Assembly: GCA_025358055.1 (NCBI GenBank)
Contig: JANYKV010000007.1
Coordinates: 459 to 64,458, forward strand
Source: Gemmatimonadota bacterium
Lineage (GTDB): Bacteria; Gemmatimonadota; Gemmatimonadetes; Gemmatimonadales; GWC2-71-9
DNA length: 64,000 nt
Direction: 5' to 3'
This document shows positions 60,215 to 64,000 of this stretch, one piece after another (within the stretch, counting starts at the first letter, position 1; each line of letters begins with the position of its first letter). The notes below the pieces were generated by a model, which saw only the letters and a program-made list of their open reading frames with translations, made no database searches and was not told where the DNA came from. A program made the position numbers and the translations under genes.

Positions 60215-61725
60215 CGGAGGGCTTCGCCTCGTGCAATGTCGAGCCACGCGCTGGATGACCCTGACCCCGCCCCGTTGGCCACGGTGGGTTTCTGGATCCG
60301 CCGCCGCTCGTCTTCGACCAAGGCGGCCACGATCGCCAGCCGCTGATCGCGCGCCAAATCGTCCACTGGTAGGACCAAGTCCGGCCGGCGCTCGAGAAAT
60401 TGGATGTCGATGTCGCCCCGACGAAAGGCCGGATCGCCGAGGAGGCGGCGGTGAAATGCTTGGTTCGTCGCCACGCCGACGATGATGAGTTCGTCCAACG
60501 CCCGCTCCATCCGTCGGATCGCGTCCTCGCGGTTGGGCCCGCTGACGATGAGTTTGGCCAGCATCGAATCGTAGTACAACGTCACCTCATCGCCGATCTC
60601 AACCCCGCTGTCCCAGCGCACGCCCGGACCGGCGGGCGCCCGGAGATAAGTAATGCGTCCGGTAGAAGGTAGAAATCCGTTCGCCGGGTCTTCGCTCGTG
60701 ATCCGGCACTCTATCGACCAGCCGCGGGGCTCCAGGGGCCCAATGGCCACGGTCATCGGGAGGCCGCGCGCGATCCGCAGCTGTTCGCGCACCAGGTCGA
60801 CGCCATACACTAACTCGGTGACGGGGTGTTCCACCTGAATCCGGGTATTCATCTCGAGGAAATAGAACGACCCGTCAGCCGCAAGGAGGAACTCGCACGT
60901 CCCCGCCCCGCGGTAGCCCACTGCGGACGCCGCCGCGACCGCCGCGGCCCCCATCCGTTGGCGAAGTTCCGGGGTGACCGCCACCGACGGGGCCTCCTCC
61001 ACCAGTTTTTGATGGCGTCGTTGGATGGAGCACTCGCGCTCCCCCAAATGAACGGTTCGCTCGTGGTCGGCCAACACCTGGATTTCAACGTGACGCGGAC
61101 GCACGATGAACATCTCGAGGTAGACGCTCGCATCGCCGAACGCTTTGAGGGCCTCGGATGCGGCGGTCGCGAGCGCGGGAGCGAGGTCGCCGGCGCCCTG
61201 GACCACGCGCATCCCTTTGCCGCCGCCGCCGGCGGCGGCTTTCACCATCACGGGGTAGCCGATCTGCTCCGCCAGTCGCAATGCGGTATCCGCGTCGGTG
61301 ATTGGCGCGGAGGCGCCGGGCACGATCGGGACCCCCGCCGCATCCATCCGGCGGCGGGCTTCGGTCTTATCGCCCATCGCGCGAATGGCTGAGGCCGGCG
61401 GCCCGACGAACACCAGTCCGGCCTCGGTCACCGCATCGGCGAATGCGGCGCGCTCGGCCAGGAAACCGTAGCCGGGATGAATGGCTTCGGCTCCGGTGCG
61501 CTGCGCCGCATCGATGATTTTCTCGATTTTGAGATAGCTCTCCGAGGGCGGGGCCGGCCCGATCTCCACCGCGAAGTCGGCCGCACGAACGTGGGGACTG
61601 GACCGATCGGCAGCACTATACACGGCGACGGCTTCGAGGCCCTCCTCGTGACACGCGCGGATGATCCGAAGCGCAATTTCGCCTCGGTTGGCGATGAGGA
61701 TCCGTTTCACTTCCGATCCGCTCAA
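60211..61725 (-). CDS. Biotin carboxylase subunit of acyl-CoA carboxylase
   Basis: 504 aa. [16 protein letters not shown] and ATP-grasp ([10 protein letters not shown]). It has no fused BCCP domain. Confidence 0.94.
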   Translation of the reverse strand: MSGSEVKRILIANRGEIALRIIRACHEEGLEAVAVYSAADRSSPHVRAADFAVEIGPAPPSESYLKIEKIIDAAQRTGAEAIHPGYGFLAERAAFADAVTEAGLVFVGPPASAIRAMGDKTEARRRMDAAGVPIVPGASAPITDADTALRLAEQIGYPVMVKAAAGGGGKGMRVVQGAGDLAPALATAASEALKAFGDASVYLEMFIVRPRHVEIQVLADHERTVHLGERECSIQRRHQKLVEEAPSVAVTPELRQRMGAAAVAAASAVGYRGAGTCEFLLAADGSFYFLEMNTRIQVEHPVTELVYGVDLVREQLRIARGLPMTVAIGPLEPRGWSIECRITSEDPANGFLPSTGRITYLRAPAGPGVRWDSGVEIGDEVTLYYDSMLAKLIVSGPNREDAIRRMERALDELIIVGVATNQAFHRRLLGDPAFRRGDIDIQFLERRPDLVLPVDDLARDQRLAIVAALVEDERRRIQKPTVANGAGSGSSSAWLDIARGEALR

Positions 61726-63275
61726 AGGGGAATGCTTCCATGCTTCTTCGCCGGATTCTTGTCCCGTTTCGTCCGCAGCATCCGGAGCGCATCAATCAAG
61801 CGGGGCCGAGTGTCACGCGGGTCGATTACATCGTCGATGAAACCTCGAGCCGCCGCCTTGTACGGGTTGGCAAACGTCCGGGTGTATTCATCGATGCGCC
61901 GCTGCATCTCAGCCGCCGGATCTTTCGCGCTCGCGATCTCGTCTTTGAACAGGATTTCCACCGCCCCCTTGGGTCCCATCACCGCAATTTCGGCACTCGG
62001 CCACGCCAGGTTCACATCACCGCGAATGTGTTTGGAGCTCATGACGTCGTACGCGCCGCCATAGGCCTTCCGGGTGATCACGGTGAGCTTCGGCACGGTG
62101 GCTTCACAATACGCGTACAGCAATTTTGCCCCGTGGCGAATGATGCCGCCATGCTCTTGCGCGGTGCCCGGCAGGAAACCGGGCACGTCGACAAAGGTGA
62201 TCAGGGGAATGTTGAACGCATCGCAAAACCGGATGAAGCGGGCCGCCTTGACCGACGCGTTGATATCGAGCACCCCCGCCAGCACCGCAGGTTGGTTGGC
62301 GATGATCCCGACGGGCTTCCCCCCGAGGCGCGCGAACCCCACCAGTATGTTCCCCGCAAACGCGACGTGAATCTCATGAAAGCGGCCTTCGTCCACGACA
62401 CTCTTGATCACCGTGTGCATGTCGTACGGCGTGATGGCGCTATCCGGAATGACATCGAGCAGCGCCTCATCTCGCCGGTCTTCGGGATCCGAGGTGGTAT
62501 GAAGGGGCGGGTCATCGACGTTGTTCGACGGGAGGAAACCGACCAGATCACGAATGGCGGAGAGACATTCGGCTTCGGAATCGAACACGCTGTGCGCGAT
62601 ACCCGATGTTTCGCCGTGCACGTCGGCGCCGCCCAACGCCTCGAAGGTCACTTCCTCGTGGGTCACCGTTTTCACTACGTTGGGCCCGGTGACGAACATG
62701 TAGCTGACACCGCGGACCATGAAAATGAAGTCGGTGATGGCTGGGCTGTACACCGCGCCGCCCGCGCACGGACCAAGGACCGCGGAGATCTGCGGTACCA
62801 CGCCTGAGGCGAGGGTATTGCGGAGAAAAATGTCGGCATAGCCACCGAGGGAGGCGACCCCCTCCTGGATCCTCGCTCCACCGGAATCATTGAGGCCAAT
62901 CACCGGCGCGCCGTTTCGGAGCGCGAGATCCATGATCTTGCAAATCTTCTCGGCGAACGTCTCCGAAAGCGACCCGCCGAACACCGTGAAATCCTGAGAA
63001 AACACATAGACCAGCCGGCCGTCGATCCGCCCGTACCCAGTGACCACACCGTCACCGAGGATCTGCTGCTCGGCCAGCCCAAAGTCGGTACTCCGATGCG
63101 TGACGAAACGGTCCAACTCGACGAAGGAGCCCTCGTCGAGCAAGAGATCGAGCCGCTCCCGGGCGGTGAGTTTGCCCTTCGTGTGCTGTTGGGCGATTCG
63201 GGCGGCACCACCGCCCTGCTCCGCTTGGGCCTGGCGACGATGGAGATCGTCGAGAAGTTGGCGTGGATTGGGCAT
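61722..63275 (-). CDS. Acyl-CoA carboxylase carboxyltransferase subunit (PccB / methylmalonyl-CoA carboxyltransferase 12S-like)
   Basis: The start [23 protein letters not shown]...[12 protein letters not shown] is M36 of the track ORF, followed by tandem crotonase-fold CT domains. Confidence 0.93.
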   Translation of the reverse strand: MPNPRQLLDDLHRRQAQAEQGGGAARIAQQHTKGKLTARERLDLLLDEGSFVELDRFVTHRSTDFGLAEQQILGDGVVTGYGRIDGRLVYVFSQDFTVFGGSLSETFAEKICKIMDLALRNGAPVIGLNDSGGARIQEGVASLGGYADIFLRNTLASGVVPQISAVLGPCAGGAVYSPAITDFIFMVRGVSYMFVTGPNVVKTVTHEEVTFEALGGADVHGETSGIAHSVFDSEAECLSAIRDLVGFLPSNNVDDPPLHTTSDPEDRRDEALLDVIPDSAITPYDMHTVIKSVVDEGRFHEIHVAFAGNILVGFARLGGKPVGIIANQPAVLAGVLDINASVKAARFIRFCDAFNIPLITFVDVPGFLPGTAQEHGGIIRHGAKLLYAYCEATVPKLTVITRKAYGGAYDVMSSKHIRGDVNLAWPSAEIAVMGPKGAVEILFKDEIASAKDPAAEMQRRIDEYTRTFANPYKAAARGFIDDVIDPRDTRPRLIDALRMLRTKRDKNPAKKHGSIPL

Positions 63276-63332
63276 GCGAGAATGTACGGGGACGGCGCGA
63301 TGGCGGGAAGGCGGGAGAGACGAGTCGGTCGC

Positions 63333-63402
63333 GACGGACAAGGACGGCCAGGATGGATGCGTCCCCTTGCCGTCCTTCATTTGCCGTCTTGTTCTTGCCG
63401 TC
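63333..63402. repeat. Array of an 8-mer motif: three direct TTGCCGTC copies at exact 14-bp phasing plus two inverted GACGG(A/C)C copies
   Basis: TTGCCGTC lies at 63367-74, 63381-88 and 63395-402. GACGGACAA is at 63333-41 and GGACGGCC at 63342-49. AAGGACGGC (63340-48) pairs perfectly with GCCGTCCTT (63369-77). Confidence 0.6.
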
Positions 63403-63423
63403 CGACTTTCCCCTCCTGCCTTC

Positions 63424-64000
63424 TTACATCTCGTCGTCGGCGATCACCACCCGTACCGGTGGGATGATCGGCTCATCCGGATAACCTTTCACCCCAACGA
63501 CGATGCGGTGGTGAATCGGATCCACCTCGAGCACCTCGACGTCCACCACCTGGCCCTCTTTGACGACATCGGCCGGGTTAGTGACATTCTCATGGCCGAG
63601 CTGGGACATCGGCGCGAAGCCCTCGAGATCGTTGCCGAGGTCGATCACGACACCCTTATCCATCATGCGCACGGCGCGGCCGCGCATCAGCGTCCCGATC
63701 GGATAGGTCTCGCCGATCTTGAGCCACGGATCCTCTTCGGCCTGCTTGAGGCCGAGCGAGATCCGTTTATTCTCGGCGTCGATGTTGAGGATGACCACGT
63801 TCACGGTGTCGCCCTTTTTCACGACTTCCGACGGGTGCTGCACCCGCTTCGTCCATGACATATCCGAAATGTGGATCAGGCCGTCGATTCCCGGTTCCAG
63901 TTCGACGAAGGCGCCGAAACTGGTCAGGTTCCGTACCTTGCCGGTGATGCGCGTCGCGATGGGATACTTGTGGGGGAGAATCATCCACGGATCCTGCTCG
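63424..64000 (-). CDS. rpsA: 30S ribosomal protein S1, C-terminal part (5' end beyond the window)
   Basis: Tandem S1 domains ([30 protein letters not shown]; [16 protein letters not shown]). The frame stays open to position 64000. Confidence 0.9.
   Translation of the reverse strand, partial: EQDPWMILPHKYPIATRITGKVRNLTSFGAFVELEPGIDGLIHISDMSWTKRVQHPSEVVKKGDTVNVVILNIDAENKRISLGLKQAEEDPWLKIGETYPIGTLMRGRAVRMMDKGVVIDLGNDLEGFAPMSQLGHENVTNPADVVKEGQVVDVEVLEVDPIHHRIVVGVKGYPDEPIIPPVRVVIADDEM

Noticed and set aside
63333-63402. The TTGCCGTC repeats as a possible CRISPR-like or minisatellite array.
   Set aside because: The repeat unit is only 8 nt with 6-nt spacers and there are only three direct copies. 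This is far too short for CRISPR, so it is treated as a regulatory or structural repeat instead.

Overview
The window is visibly GC-rich and reads as a bacterial chromosome. The gene content and order look Gemmatimonadota-like or like another deep-branching Gram-negative lineage, but I cannot verify this without a search. It is almost entirely a tightly packed core-genome region.

**Plus strand, 4.9-18.7 kb.** One head-to-tail gene train runs truA, htrA, purB, purC, psd, pssA, purS, purQ, purL, purF, ppdK, purE. It ends at a bidirectional terminator shared with a convergent tmRNA gene (ssrA, 18777-19137).

**Minus strand, the rest of the window**, from high to low coordinates:
- rpsA (partial)
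- a three-subunit acyl-CoA carboxylase operon with an RNA methyltransferase embedded in it
- rplM-rpsI
- rpsB-tsf-pyrH-frr-uppS-cdsA-dxr-rseP
- rpsO-pnp-M16 peptidase
- ald, dut
- mreBCD-mrdA-rodA
- accD, folC, hisS-proS-lysA-guaA, ptsN
- dusB-larB, followed directly by an 8-gene oxidative sugar or sugar-acid catabolic cluster (ABC transporter, two SDRs, lactonase, UxaA-type dehydratase, mutarotase)
- a secreted BNR/Ycf48-like propeller gene

At the left edge a HEAT-repeat and HD-GYP gene pair lies divergent from lexA.

**What I did not find.** I found no CRISPR array, transposase, integrase, toxin-antitoxin pair or recognisable defence genes. I cannot honestly point to a convincing new multi-gene system.

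**Most unusual observations:**
1. A truncated duplicate of the promoter, RBS and signal-peptide module of the Ycf48-like gene is jammed against the ssrA promoter, beside a compositionally atypical gene.
2. Homopurine/homopyrimidine tracts with dense G-runs on the transcribed strand bracket ptsN.
3. A recurring TAnnnT hexamer lies 5-9 nt upstream of start codons that lack a Shine-Dalgarno sequence, suggesting leaderless mRNAs for truA, dusB, ptsN, hisS and the carboxyltransferase gene.
4. A 14-bp-phased TTGCCGTC repeat array lies upstream of the carboxylase operon.
5. An orphan larB is translationally coupled to dusB and sits immediately upstream of the sugar-acid operon.
6. The HEAT and HD-GYP proteins appear to share an N-terminal domain.

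**Coordinates.** Many maximal ORFs in the track carry spurious N-terminal extensions. I trimmed these using homology-consistent starts and 4-nt ATGA/GTGA stop-start overlaps. Coordinates of non-ORF features were calibrated against ORF-track anchors and may be off by 1-2 nt.
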